Shown: positions 9,575-18,553 of the stretch, one piece after another
Position numbering within the stretch: the first letter of the stretch is position 1
Layout of the letters: the number at the start of each line of letters is the position of its first letter
NCBI GenBank assembly: GCA_038061225.1
Contig: JBBTZT010000003.1
Coordinates: forward strand, 257,515-321,514
DNA: 64,000 bases
Source of the DNA: Patescibacteria group bacterium
GTDB taxonomy: Bacteria; Patescibacteriota; Microgenomatia; UBA8517
Reading direction: 5' to 3'
The notes under the pieces: generated by a model
The model's input: the letters and a program-made list of their open reading frames with translations, nothing else
Told to the model about the DNA's origin: nothing
Databases searched by the model: none
Made by a program: the position numbers and the translations under genes

Positions 9575-10425
9575 TTTCAGTTTGTATAACTACATATAAT
9601 GAAAAAGGGGAAGATATAAAAAAACTTCTCGATGCATTAAATAATCAAACATTAAAACCAGACGAGATTATCATAATTGATGCTAAAGACTACAATAACT
9701 GTAGTAGAAGTAAAGGCAGAAATATTGCAATCAAAAAAGCAAGAAATGAAATTATTGCCATAACTGATGCGGGTTGTGTACCACACAGGGATTGGCTAGA
9801 GGAAATTACAAAACCATATACCGAGGTGGCAAGGAGAAACCACATCGGGAGTGGGATTGTTATTGTCGTCGCTGGGGGATATACAATGGTTTTTAATAAT
9901 AATTTTGAAAAAGCAGAGAGTATTTTTCTAGGTGTCAATTCAAATAATATGGATGATGACTTCATGCCATCTGCAAGATCTATGGCTTTTACTAAGAGTA
10001 TGTGGAAAAAAGCAGGTGGTTTTCCTGAAAAAATGGGGGATACTGCAGAAGATACAGTTTTTAATATAAATCTAATAAAAGCTGGAGCAAAATTTGTAGT
10101 AGCTAAGGATGCTTTTGTGGATTGGCAAATGCCTAGAAAGATATCTGATTTTGGATTTAAGATATATAGATATGCAAAAGGGGATGCTATAAGTGCTATC
10201 TGGTGGCACCCAGTTAAAAAATGGCAAACACACAATCTTAAAATATTAACAATATTTGTAAGATATATATTATTTGCTATTTTCCCTTGGTTAATATTAT
10301 TTTATTTTTTTTACGCTTATATAAAAGCTGGCTTTTGGGGAATAGTGTTGCAATTTACCTCTGATATTAGTTGTATAATAGGTTTTAGTCATGGGATATT
10401 ACAAAAAAGCTTTAAAAGGTCTTAG
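9559..10425 (+). CDS. Glycosyltransferase family 2
   Basis: VSVCITTYNE, GRNIAI, IAITDAGC, GGFPE, AED. Confidence 0.85.
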   Translation: MAKQLVSVCITTYNEKGEDIKKLLDALNNQTLKPDEIIIIDAKDYNNCSRSKGRNIAIKKARNEIIAITDAGCVPHRDWLEEITKPYTEVARRNHIGSGIVIVVAGGYTMVFNNNFEKAESIFLGVNSNNMDDDFMPSARSMAFTKSMWKKAGGFPEKMGDTAEDTVFNINLIKAGAKFVVAKDAFVDWQMPRKISDFGFKIYRYAKGDAISAIWWHPVKKWQTHNLKILTIFVRYILFAIFPWLILFYFFYAYIKAGFWGIVLQFTSDISCIIGFSHGILQKSFKRS

Positions 10426-11620
10426 TTGGATGGGGGCGCTACGTGTGGTTACAAGGTCTCTTGCTTTTGTTAAAATCGCAATTTTAGCTCGTATTCTTTT
10501 ACCTGCTCAATTTGGAATTTATGGCATAGCCTCTTTGGTATTAGGTTTTCTTGAAACATTAACTGAAACTGGCATTAATATATTTTTAGTTCAACAACGC
10601 GAAAAGCTAGATGAATATATAGATTCTGCTTGGGTTGTTTCTATAATCCGTGGGTTTTTAATTTGTATCGCTATTTTAGTTTTTACTCCCACTATTGCTT
10701 CGTTTTTTAATACTCCTCAAGCATCATACATCCTATATCTTACATCACTTGTGCCACTAATCCGAGGGTTTATAAACCCTGCATGCATTAAATACCAAAA
10801 AAACTTGGAATTTAACAAGCTGTTTAAATACGATTCATTCATTTTTTTTGTTGATGCAGTATTTGCCATTTTTTTAGGAATAATTACAAAATCTGAAAAT
10901 AGTTTAGTTTATGCAATGATTATATCAACTTCTTTAGAAGTTGTTATGTCATTTATATATTTTAAACCAACACCAAAATTTGTTTTTCAAAAAGAAAAGA
11001 CACTAAAAGTAATAAATCGTGGTAAATGGATAACTGCTGCAGGAATTGCTAATTATTTATTTCAAAATTTAGATGATATTGTAGTAGGTAAAATATTAGG
11101 GGCAAACAGTCTAGGTATTTATCAACAAGCATATAAAATATCGACATTACCAGTCGCAGAAGTAGGAGAAGTTTTTAATAGAGTAACTTTTCCTATTTAT
11201 GTAAATTTGAAGGATGATCTAAAAAGGTTAAATCAGGCATTCTTAAAAACACTTTTAATTATTTGTTTATTTGTAATTCCATTTGGATTTTTAGTTTTTA
11301 AGTTTCCGCTAATAATAGTTAAATTTGTACTAGGAGATAATTGGATATCTGCGGTTCCTGTATTACAACTTTTGGCTATTTATGGAAGTATTAAGGCAAT
11401 ATCAAATTCATTTTTCTCGCTGTTTTTGGGAATAGATAAACAAGAAGTGGTTACGTATATTACATTAATAAGCACCCTTTGTTTAATTGTAATTTTGTAC
11501 CCATTAATTAAGATATTTGGTATTTTGGGTGCAGGTTATGCAACTATAATTTCGACCCTTTTTTCAATTCCATTATTACTAATATATTATGTTAAGTACT
11601 TTTACCCTAAACAAGCCTAA
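10391..11620 (+). CDS. Polysaccharide flippase (Wzx/WzxC-like)
   Basis: ILARILLPAQFG, DDIVVGKILG...LGIY, ~12 TM segments. Confidence 0.85.
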   Translation: MGYYKKALKGLSWMGALRVVTRSLAFVKIAILARILLPAQFGIYGIASLVLGFLETLTETGINIFLVQQREKLDEYIDSAWVVSIIRGFLICIAILVFTPTIASFFNTPQASYILYLTSLVPLIRGFINPACIKYQKNLEFNKLFKYDSFIFFVDAVFAIFLGIITKSENSLVYAMIISTSLEVVMSFIYFKPTPKFVFQKEKTLKVINRGKWITAAGIANYLFQNLDDIVVGKILGANSLGIYQQAYKISTLPVAEVGEVFNRVTFPIYVNLKDDLKRLNQAFLKTLLIICLFVIPFGFLVFKFPLIIVKFVLGDNWISAVPVLQLLAIYGSIKAISNSFFSLFLGIDKQEVVTYITLISTLCLIVILYPLIKIFGILGAGYATIISTLFSIPLLLIYYVKYFYPKQA

Positions 11621-12110
11621 TATTATCGACTTCGCAGAAGCGAGAAACGACTTATTAAAAAAATCAAAGACTGACTGGGTTTTATTTTTGGATAGTGACG
11701 AGAAAATCGATAGTTACTATTTGAAACGCAAAAACTACTTTCTAGGTCAATATGTAGGAACAGACAAGATAATCAGACTTGTCAAAAAAGGAACAGGAAA
11801 ATTTGCTCGTGCAGTTCATGAGATTTGGATTCCTAATGAAAAACACAAAATTGGAATTATCAAAGAAAAAATAATTCATAATACTGCCGATAATTTAAGA
11901 GACTATATGAAAAAAATGAATTATTATAGTGATTTACATGCAAAAGAAAATTTAAAAGAAGGAAAAAGATCCACGCTATATAAAATTATATTTTTTCCAA
12001 TTGCAAAGTTTTTTGTTAGCTTAATAAAATCAAAACACATTGTTTTTAGTATAATGCAATCATTGCATTCATATCTTTCATGGACAAAATTATATTTTTT
12101 ACAGCACTAG
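11589..12110 (+). CDS. Reduced glycosyltransferase family 2 (WaaE-like)
   Basis: DFAEARN...DWVLFLDSDE, VHE, KMNYYS; short and apparently internally reduced; start uncertain. Confidence 0.65.
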   Translation: MLSTFTLNKPNIIDFAEARNDLLKKSKTDWVLFLDSDEKIDSYYLKRKNYFLGQYVGTDKIIRLVKKGTGKFARAVHEIWIPNEKHKIGIIKEKIIHNTADNLRDYMKKMNYYSDLHAKENLKEGKRSTLYKIIFFPIAKFFVSLIKSKHIVFSIMQSLHSYLSWTKLYFLQH

Positions 12111-13123
12111 TATTATTTCCATTTGGACAGCTTATAAAAATTGGAATTTTTAATCTGTTTGACGCAGTTATTTTATTGCTTGCCATAATTACTTTTTTTA
12201 AAAAACCAAAATACCCAGAATGGTATAGATATTTTATTTATTTTATTTTAGCTTGTGTTTTTGGTTTAATTCTTAATTATTCACTATTAACTCTTAATTC
12301 AGTTTTGTATCTTATTCGTTTAGTTTCATATTCGTTTGTTGCAGTATATATTTCAAATTATTTCAGAAATCTTAAATCTTTAATCCTATATCTTATATCT
12401 ATTGCCTTCGCCTCAGCGATTTTTGGATGGGTGCAGTACATATTTTGGCCTGATTTAACTTCATTAAAATATTTAGGTTGGGATGACCACCTTCTTCGCA
12501 TGGTGGGAACATTTTTAGACCCCACTTATTTGGGACTAATTCTTGTACTAGGTGTTGTTCTTGTAGCTCAACTTAATCTTAAACTTATACTTTATTTTCT
12601 ACTCTCAAGTTTAGCATTTACTTATTCAAGATCTTCGTATTTAACAGTTAGTTTGTTTTTAATTTACAAAAAGAAATTTTTACCACTAATTATTTTTATA
12701 TTAATAATATTACTTTTACCAAAAAATATTGGAGAAGGTACAAATTTAACAAGAACCGTAAGTGGAAATAATAAATTAATAAATTATCAAGAAACTTGGC
12801 AAATTTTTAAAAAATCTCCTCTACTTGGAGTTGGATTTAACAATATCTGCAAAGCGCGTCAGAAGTATTTAGGTGATATGAATATTGATTCACATTCTTG
12901 TAGTGGATCTGATTCATCAATTTTATTTATTCTTGCAACAACTGGAATTGTTGGTCTAATATTATTTTTGAATTTTGTTCTACATGCGCCCAAATTATTA
13001 ATTCTTCACTATTCATTCATAATTGTGTTGATTCATAGTCTTTTTGCAAATAGCCTTTTCTATCCTCAGATTATGTTTTGGATGTTTGCACTTTTAGGAT
13101 TAGGGAGTAAAAGTAACAGTTAA
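12080..13123 (+). CDS. O-antigen ligase/polymerase family membrane protein
   Basis: RMVGTFLDP, TYSRSSYL, PLLGVGFNN, TTGIVGL, IHSLFANSLFYP. Confidence 0.8.
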   Translation: MDKIIFFTALVLFPFGQLIKIGIFNLFDAVILLLAIITFFKKPKYPEWYRYFIYFILACVFGLILNYSLLTLNSVLYLIRLVSYSFVAVYISNYFRNLKSLILYLISIAFASAIFGWVQYIFWPDLTSLKYLGWDDHLLRMVGTFLDPTYLGLILVLGVVLVAQLNLKLILYFLLSSLAFTYSRSSYLTVSLFLIYKKKFLPLIIFILIILLLPKNIGEGTNLTRTVSGNNKLINYQETWQIFKKSPLLGVGFNNICKARQKYLGDMNIDSHSCSGSDSSILFILATTGIVGLILFLNFVLHAPKLLILHYSFIIVLIHSLFANSLFYPQIMFWMFALLGLGSKSNS

Positions 13124-13813
13124 AGAAGTTGCTGTTTCATTTTTAGCAGGATCTGTTGCAACAATGTCAAATTTATTTTCTCCCTCAGATAATGTTGTAG
13201 CAAAGGAAAAAGAACCATCATCTTTAGTTGAAACAACTCTTCCATTTATTGTTAAATCTACTTTTTCATTGACTGTTCCCTTTATAGATAATTGTCTTTG
13301 GCCACTGCCAAAAAATTCTGCAGCGTCTGCTGGCGAACTTATTTCAAGAATTGGCTCTTCATTATCAAATACTATTTTATATGTTTTTGTTTGTACACTT
13401 TCATTATTTGAAGAGTCAATAGCTTTAGCATCAATTGAATTTTCACCATCATTTAAATTGAATATAAAACTAAATCGTCCATCACTGTTTGCTACTACTT
13501 CATCTGAATGGTTATTTGACCTAATAACAATTATCGCTCCATCTTCAGAAGTTCCTTCGATTTTAATACTTTCACTATTTGTAAATTCTGGAATTTGATC
13601 AAATTGAGGAGGAGCTGGGGGAGTAATATCGTTTATTTCCACAGGTTTGTCAGATTTTGCAACATCTCCAATAAATCCTGCAAATTTAACTAAAGTAGGT
13701 AAGCCAAAGAAAATAAGAAAAATTAGAGCTAGGATTGATAAAATAATATACCAATATGCTTTTTTAATATTTTTTCTTTCCTCAACCAATGCCAATCTTG
13801 AATATCTTTTCAT
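13100..13813 (-). CDS. Membrane-anchored protein with bacterial Ig-like repeats
   Basis: N-terminal TM, DITPPAPP, two GEN..I.A.D...N Ig-like units. Confidence 0.75.
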   Translation of the reverse strand: MKRYSRLALVEERKNIKKAYWYIILSILALIFLIFFGLPTLVKFAGFIGDVAKSDKPVEINDITPPAPPQFDQIPEFTNSESIKIEGTSEDGAIIVIRSNNHSDEVVANSDGRFSFIFNLNDGENSIDAKAIDSSNNESVQTKTYKIVFDNEEPILEISSPADAAEFFGSGQRQLSIKGTVNEKVDLTINGRVVSTKDDGSFSFATTLSEGENKFDIVATDPAKNETATSLTVTFTP

Positions 13814-13874
13814 CTGTCTATTATACTACATCATTACAAATCAAAAAATTTGATTGATTGTGTATAATATATTT

Positions 13875-14216
13875 ATGTCAGCAGAAGATATAAAGGTAAT
13901 TAATACTAGACGAGAAGCGGCATATGAATTTGTAAGAAAACATATAAAAGGTCGTGGGGGGGTAGGTTTTGGCGATATCGATCTTGATCCATTAGTGTTA
14001 GATACAATAGAAGTTGTTAGTAATCCTAAACAAATACAGACAAAAGAAGGGATTAAAACTGTTGTTCGTAAGTCAAGAATCATATTTTTATCAAATGGTG
14101 AAGTTGACATAATAGGTGGTGGTTTGAATGCACCAATTTCAGAAAAAGATGCAAATAGAATACTGGGTCGAAAATTGAAAACCCGTTTAACTAAGAGTTT
14201 TCATTTAAAAAAATGA
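13875..14216 (+). CDS. Hypothetical protein
   Basis: ATG at 13875 preceded by TATAAT at 6 nt; no recognised motif. Confidence 0.6.
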   Translation: MSAEDIKVINTRREAAYEFVRKHIKGRGGVGFGDIDLDPLVLDTIEVVSNPKQIQTKEGIKTVVRKSRIIFLSNGEVDIIGGGLNAPISEKDANRILGRKLKTRLTKSFHLKK

Positions 14217-14228
14217 TAAAATATCTTC

Positions 14229-15056
14229 ATGAGGGATAAATATAAAGCAGTTTGGGTCAGTCACTCTTCAATTTCTGATTTTTTAGCCTGTCCAAGGAGC
14301 TATTATCTTAGAAATGTATATAAAGATCCAAAAACTGGTCATAAAATTACTGTTACTTCTCCCGCACTTTCTTTAGGTTCTGCTGTTCATGAAGTTATTG
14401 AAGGATTGTCAGTTTTAGCTGTTGAAGATAGACTTAAAACACCACTTCTAAAAAAATTTGATATAGCTTGGCAAAAAGTTAGTGGCAAAGTTGGTGGATT
14501 TAAAGATAAAAAACAGGAAGATGAATTTAAAGAAAGAGGGAGAGAAATGCTTAAAAGAGTAGAAAGTCATCCTGGCCCAATTTTAAAAAAAGCAGTAAAA
14601 ATAGCTACTGATTTTTTACCAAATTATTATCTTTCAGAAGAAGATGATATAATTCTTTGTGGAAAAATTGATTGGCTTGAATATTTAGAAGATTCAGATT
14701 CAGTGCATATTATTGACTTTAAAACTGGAAAAAACGAAGAGAATGATGAATCATTACAACTCCCAATTTATTTACTTCTTGCAACAAACACACAAAATAG
14801 AAAAGTTGAAAAAGCTTCATATTGGTATATGAATAAATCTGACGATTTAGTAGAAAAAAGTCTTCCAAATATTGTGGATAGTAAAGATAAAGTGTTGACG
14901 GTTGCAAGAAGAATTAAACTAGCTCGTCAACTTAACCATTTTGTTTGTCCAACAAAAGGTTGTATGAAATGTAGACCATTAGAGCGAATTTTAAAAAGTG
15001 AGGGAGAAAAAGTAGGAGTATCTGACACAAAACAAGATATTTATATATTAGATTGA
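14229..15056 (+). CDS. PD-(D/E)XK nuclease, RecB/AddB/Cas4-like
   Basis: SHSSI..F..CPRSYY, GSAVHEVIE, GKIDWL...IIDFKTG, QLPIY, C-terminal C...CxxC. Confidence 0.85.
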   Translation: MRDKYKAVWVSHSSISDFLACPRSYYLRNVYKDPKTGHKITVTSPALSLGSAVHEVIEGLSVLAVEDRLKTPLLKKFDIAWQKVSGKVGGFKDKKQEDEFKERGREMLKRVESHPGPILKKAVKIATDFLPNYYLSEEDDIILCGKIDWLEYLEDSDSVHIIDFKTGKNEENDESLQLPIYLLLATNTQNRKVEKASYWYMNKSDDLVEKSLPNIVDSKDKVLTVARRIKLARQLNHFVCPTKGCMKCRPLERILKSEGEKVGVSDTKQDIYILD

Positions 15057-15078
15057 TTAAAAATGGTATTATAAAAAC

Positions 15079-15780
15079 ATGTCATTGCTACCGTTTATAA
15101 AAGATGATGATTTTATATCAGAGGTAAAAAAAGTTTTAGAGGTGGATAAAAATGATTCAAGAAAAAACAAGTCAATAAGAAATTCTATAGACCCTTTTTC
15201 AGCAATATTTGATGCATCAATTCAAAGCATCCCGATTAATTTGTGGTTTGAACTTGAGGCTAGAAGACAATCTCAAAAAACCCTTCAAAATAAACTTGGA
15301 TTATTTCATCAGAATATATTAGGCCATGTAAGAGGGTGGATCAACTTAAATACTGGAAAGGTAGTTGATTTACTAAACACCAAAAAGAAGGTAATTGCTG
15401 AAGTTAAAAACAAATTTAACACAACTAAAGGTTCAGATAAAGTTCAAATTTATGATAACATCAAATTTTTATTAGATACAAAATACAAAGGATATGTTGG
15501 TTACTATGTTGAAGTGATACCACAAAATAAGAAAATGTACGATTCTGAATTTACTCCATCAGATAATAAGATCAAAAAAAGAAGACCAAGAAACAAAAAT
15601 ATTAGAATCATAGACGGATCCAGTTTCTATGACTTAGCTACAGGATATAATGACTCATTGTTTATGTTGTATATGGCAATACCAGAAGCTATTACAAAGA
15701 TATTAAAAATTCCTGTAATGAATATTCTAGGCAAGAACGAAATGCTAGAACTTTATAAAGAGGTATATCAAACAAAGTAA
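15079..15780 (+). CDS. Type II restriction endonuclease, Eco47II-like family
   Basis: IDPFSAIFD, RQSQKTLQNKLGLFHQNILG, VDL...IAEVKNKFNT, IDGSSFY; adjacent to C5 MTase. Confidence 0.8.
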   Translation: MSLLPFIKDDDFISEVKKVLEVDKNDSRKNKSIRNSIDPFSAIFDASIQSIPINLWFELEARRQSQKTLQNKLGLFHQNILGHVRGWINLNTGKVVDLLNTKKKVIAEVKNKFNTTKGSDKVQIYDNIKFLLDTKYKGYVGYYVEVIPQNKKMYDSEFTPSDNKIKKRRPRNKNIRIIDGSSFYDLATGYNDSLFMLYMAIPEAITKILKIPVMNILGKNEMLELYKEVYQTK

Positions 15781-15818
15781 CCATTGCATAATGTATTGGT
15801 TATTGATATATTTTATTC

Positions 15819-17114
15819 ATGGATAACTTGCTCACTGTTTCAGATGCGGCCGAATTGGTTGGAGTTTCTACCGATACAATTCGAAGATGGGAAAAGGTTG
15901 GACTTCTTAAATCTCATCGTTCGGAACATAATTATCGTCTTTTCAATTTTGAGGAAATTCAAAGAGTTAGAAATAAAATTAATGGTAGTGATCAGATTAA
16001 CAATTATAAAATTCTCAAAAGCAACAAAACGACTAAATATACAACAATAGAATTGTTTACAGGAGCTGGAGGTACAGCTTTAGGGTTAGAAAATGCAGGA
16101 TTAAAACATTTATTAAATGTTGAATTCGATAAAGATGCAATAAACACAATAAAAAATAATAAACCTGAATGGAACTTAATTGGTAACGATATTTCAGAAG
16201 TTGATTTTAATTCATGGAAAAATAAAGTTGACGTAGTCGAGGGTGGATTTCCATGCCAGTCTTTTAGTTACGCAGGAAAAGGGAAAGGATTCGGAGATAC
16301 TCGTGGTACTTTGTTTTTTGAATTCGCCCGTTGTGTTAAAGAAACAATGCCAAAAATAGCAATTGGTGAAAATGTTAAAGGTTTATTAAGACATGATAAT
16401 GGTAAAACATTATCTACTATGGTTAAAAAACTTCAAGATATTGGTTACAAAGTTGGTTATAAAGTTTTAAGGTCTCAATACCATGATGTACCACAGAAAC
16501 GAGAGAGATTGATAATTATTGGGATAAGAAATGATTTAAATATACCAATGTTAGTTCCAAGAGAAAAAGACTATTACATTTCTATAAAAGAGGCACTAAA
16601 AAATGTTCCTTTATCAAAAGGACAAAATTATCCTGAAAAGAAGAGAAAGGTTTTAGATTTGGTTCCTCCCGGAGGTTGTTGGAGAAATTTACCGCTTGAT
16701 ATTCAAAGAGAATATATGGGCGCTAGTTTTTATTTAGGTGGGGGTAAAACAGGAATGGCAAGAAGACTGTCTTTTGATGAGCCATCATTAACGCTTACTT
16801 GTTCTCCTGCCCAGAAGCAAACTGAAAGATGTCATCCCGTTGAAACAAGACCTTTTACCGTGCGTGAATATGCCAGAATACAAACTTTTCCTGACGATTG
16901 GGAATTTTGTGGTTCTTTGACTTCCCAGTATAAACAAATTGGAAATGCAGTCCCTGTTAACTTAGGTTTTCATATTGGGGAGGCTATAATTGCTATGTTA
17001 CAAAATAAGTATGATTTAAATGATATGGAAATAATCGAGCCTGTAATTTTAGAAAATAATGAAAATCATATATTAAGTAACAACTTTTTATATGTCCAAG
17101 AAAACATATTTTAA
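15819..17114 (+). CDS. C5-cytosine DNA methyltransferase with N-terminal MerR/Xis-like HTH
   Basis: ELFTGAGG, GGFPCQSFS, ENVKGL, PQKRER, YKQIGNAVP; N-term VSDAAELVGVSTDTIRRWE. Confidence 0.93.
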   Translation: MDNLLTVSDAAELVGVSTDTIRRWEKVGLLKSHRSEHNYRLFNFEEIQRVRNKINGSDQINNYKILKSNKTTKYTTIELFTGAGGTALGLENAGLKHLLNVEFDKDAINTIKNNKPEWNLIGNDISEVDFNSWKNKVDVVEGGFPCQSFSYAGKGKGFGDTRGTLFFEFARCVKETMPKIAIGENVKGLLRHDNGKTLSTMVKKLQDIGYKVGYKVLRSQYHDVPQKRERLIIIGIRNDLNIPMLVPREKDYYISIKEALKNVPLSKGQNYPEKKRKVLDLVPPGGCWRNLPLDIQREYMGASFYLGGGKTGMARRLSFDEPSLTLTCSPAQKQTERCHPVETRPFTVREYARIQTFPDDWEFCGSLTSQYKQIGNAVPVNLGFHIGEAIIAMLQNKYDLNDMEIIEPVILENNENHILSNNFLYVQENIF

Positions 17115-17140
17115 AACAAGATATTTATGTCCTAAATTAA

Positions 17141-17386
17141 TTATTTATATAATAATTTCCTTAGTATAATTTGAGGACTTGGGCTCACAGCAACAGTATT
17201 GTCTGGATGTGGACATAATATTGGTCTAAGGGTGGTACCTGAGTGATGATTCCTGCCGATAATATTTTGGTGTTTTCTATTGGCTTGTCCAAGTCTCCAC
17301 GGCTGACAGATAATTCCCTCTGAAGATATTGTTTTTGCGGCACAGATGGTACACGCTGGATTTGTAGCATTTATTCTGTCTGGCAT
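17141..17386 (-). CDS. Small Cys/His-containing hypothetical protein
   Basis: 81-aa ORF with CxxC and two further Cys; convergent on the MTase. Confidence 0.4.
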   Translation of the reverse strand: MPDRINATNPACTICAAKTISSEGIICQPWRLGQANRKHQNIIGRNHHSGTTLRPILCPHPDNTVAVSPSPQIILRKLLYK

Positions 17387-17510
17387 TTACTTATTAAAGA
17401 TCATTATTAAATTTAATTCAATCCTATATTTAAATAAAATAAGATGTTAAGATTAGAATTGCGTCTCAGAAGAAATTAAGGATTAGATTGTACTATTTTC
17501 CATAATTTTG

Positions 17511-17581
17511 AGCTGGTGAGTGTAATCGAAACACTGTCGATGGTTTACGATACCACTGCTCTACCACTGAGCTACACCAGC
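17511..17581 (-). tRNA. tRNA-Thr(CGT)
   Basis: Reverse complement: GCTGGTG/CACCAGC acceptor, GCTC-AGTGGTA-GAGC D arm, GTGGT-ATCGTAA-ACCAT anticodon arm, T loop TTCGATT. Confidence 0.85.
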
Positions 17582-17597
17582 ATGAAGCAATTATATA

Positions 17598-18269
17598 TTA
17601 ATATCCAATGAATTTCTCTGTTCTAACATGATCTTCAGGTATTCTGAATTTTTCTAAAATATCTTCCATAGCATTGACAAAAGGTGGAGGACCAACAACC
17701 CAGAAAACAGAAGATATAGAGTGATCAGATATATAGTGATTAAGCGAATTTTTATCAAGATGACCTGAAACTGAGGTATCAATATAATCAATTTTTATAA
17801 AATTATTTTCTTTTTTCCACTTATCTAAATCTTTTTTGAATACAAACTCATTATCTGAATTTGAATAAATTAAATAAATATCTTTTTTTATTTTATTATC
17901 AATTATATTTTTAATCATTGCCCTAAATGGAGTAATTCCAATTCCACCAGCTATAAAGCAATTAATAGTTAATAATGAAGAATTAATAATTGGAAAGACA
18001 AAACTACCAAATGGTCCTCTGGCTTTTATAGTTGATCCAATTTGTAGTTTATTTAACAGCTTTTTAAATTTAGACTCTTTTCTAATTCTTGTAGTAACTT
18101 GAATAAATTTTTCGGTGGGAGATGAAGCAATTGTAAATTGTTTAGTAATTCCATCTAGTGTTAAATACAAATATTGCCCTGCTTGCCACGAGAGTTTTTC
18201 GTTTGCTGTAAAGAAAAAAGATTTTGTATCTTTAGCTTCATCCATCTTCTTGACAAGAGTTAGTTTCAT
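17598..18269 (-). CDS. FAD/NAD(P)-binding oxidoreductase (ferredoxin-reductase family)
   Basis: AGQYL, FTIASSP, GPFGSF, IAGGIGITPF, VVGPPPFV, EKFIGY. Confidence 0.88.
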   Translation of the reverse strand: MKLTLVKKMDEAKDTKSFFFTANEKLSWQAGQYLYLTLDGITKQFTIASSPTEKFIQVTTRIRKESKFKKLLNKLQIGSTIKARGPFGSFVFPIINSSLLTINCFIAGGIGITPFRAMIKNIIDNKIKKDIYLIYSNSDNEFVFKKDLDKWKKENNFIKIDYIDTSVSGHLDKNSLNHYISDHSISSVFWVVGPPPFVNAMEDILEKFRIPEDHVRTEKFIGY

Positions 18270-18286
18270 TAATATGATGATAGCAT

Positions 18287-18460
18287 ATGTGTTATAACTG
18301 TGGTTGTGATATTCCAGACGATAATATGGGTAAATCTGATGCTAAAGGAGCTTCTTTAACTGACGCTTCGTTTGAAAGTATGGCAAAGGAGTGGAGCATG
18401 ACAGTTGAGGAAACAAAGAAAAATGTATATAAACTTTTAAGAAAACAATTAGAGAAGTAA
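18287..18460 (+). CDS. 57-aa CxxCxC protein (not in ORF track)
   Basis: MCYNCGCDIPDDNMGKSDAKGASLTDASFESMAKEWSMTVEETKKNVYKLLRKQLEK*; fills gap, divergent from oxidoreductase. Confidence 0.7.
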   Translation: MCYNCGCDIPDDNMGKSDAKGASLTDASFESMAKEWSMTVEETKKNVYKLLRKQLEK

Positions 18461-18553
18461 CTATTTATCCTCTTTTTTAATCAAATTTTTATTTGGCCAA
18501 ACGATGTATAATAGTCTTATGCTGAATTTCATATAATATAATTATACACTAAA

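Noticed and set aside
14229-15056. Possible Cas4 / CRISPR locus
   Set aside because: No cas1/cas2 and no repeat-spacer array seen anywhere in the window; solo RecB-like nucleases are common
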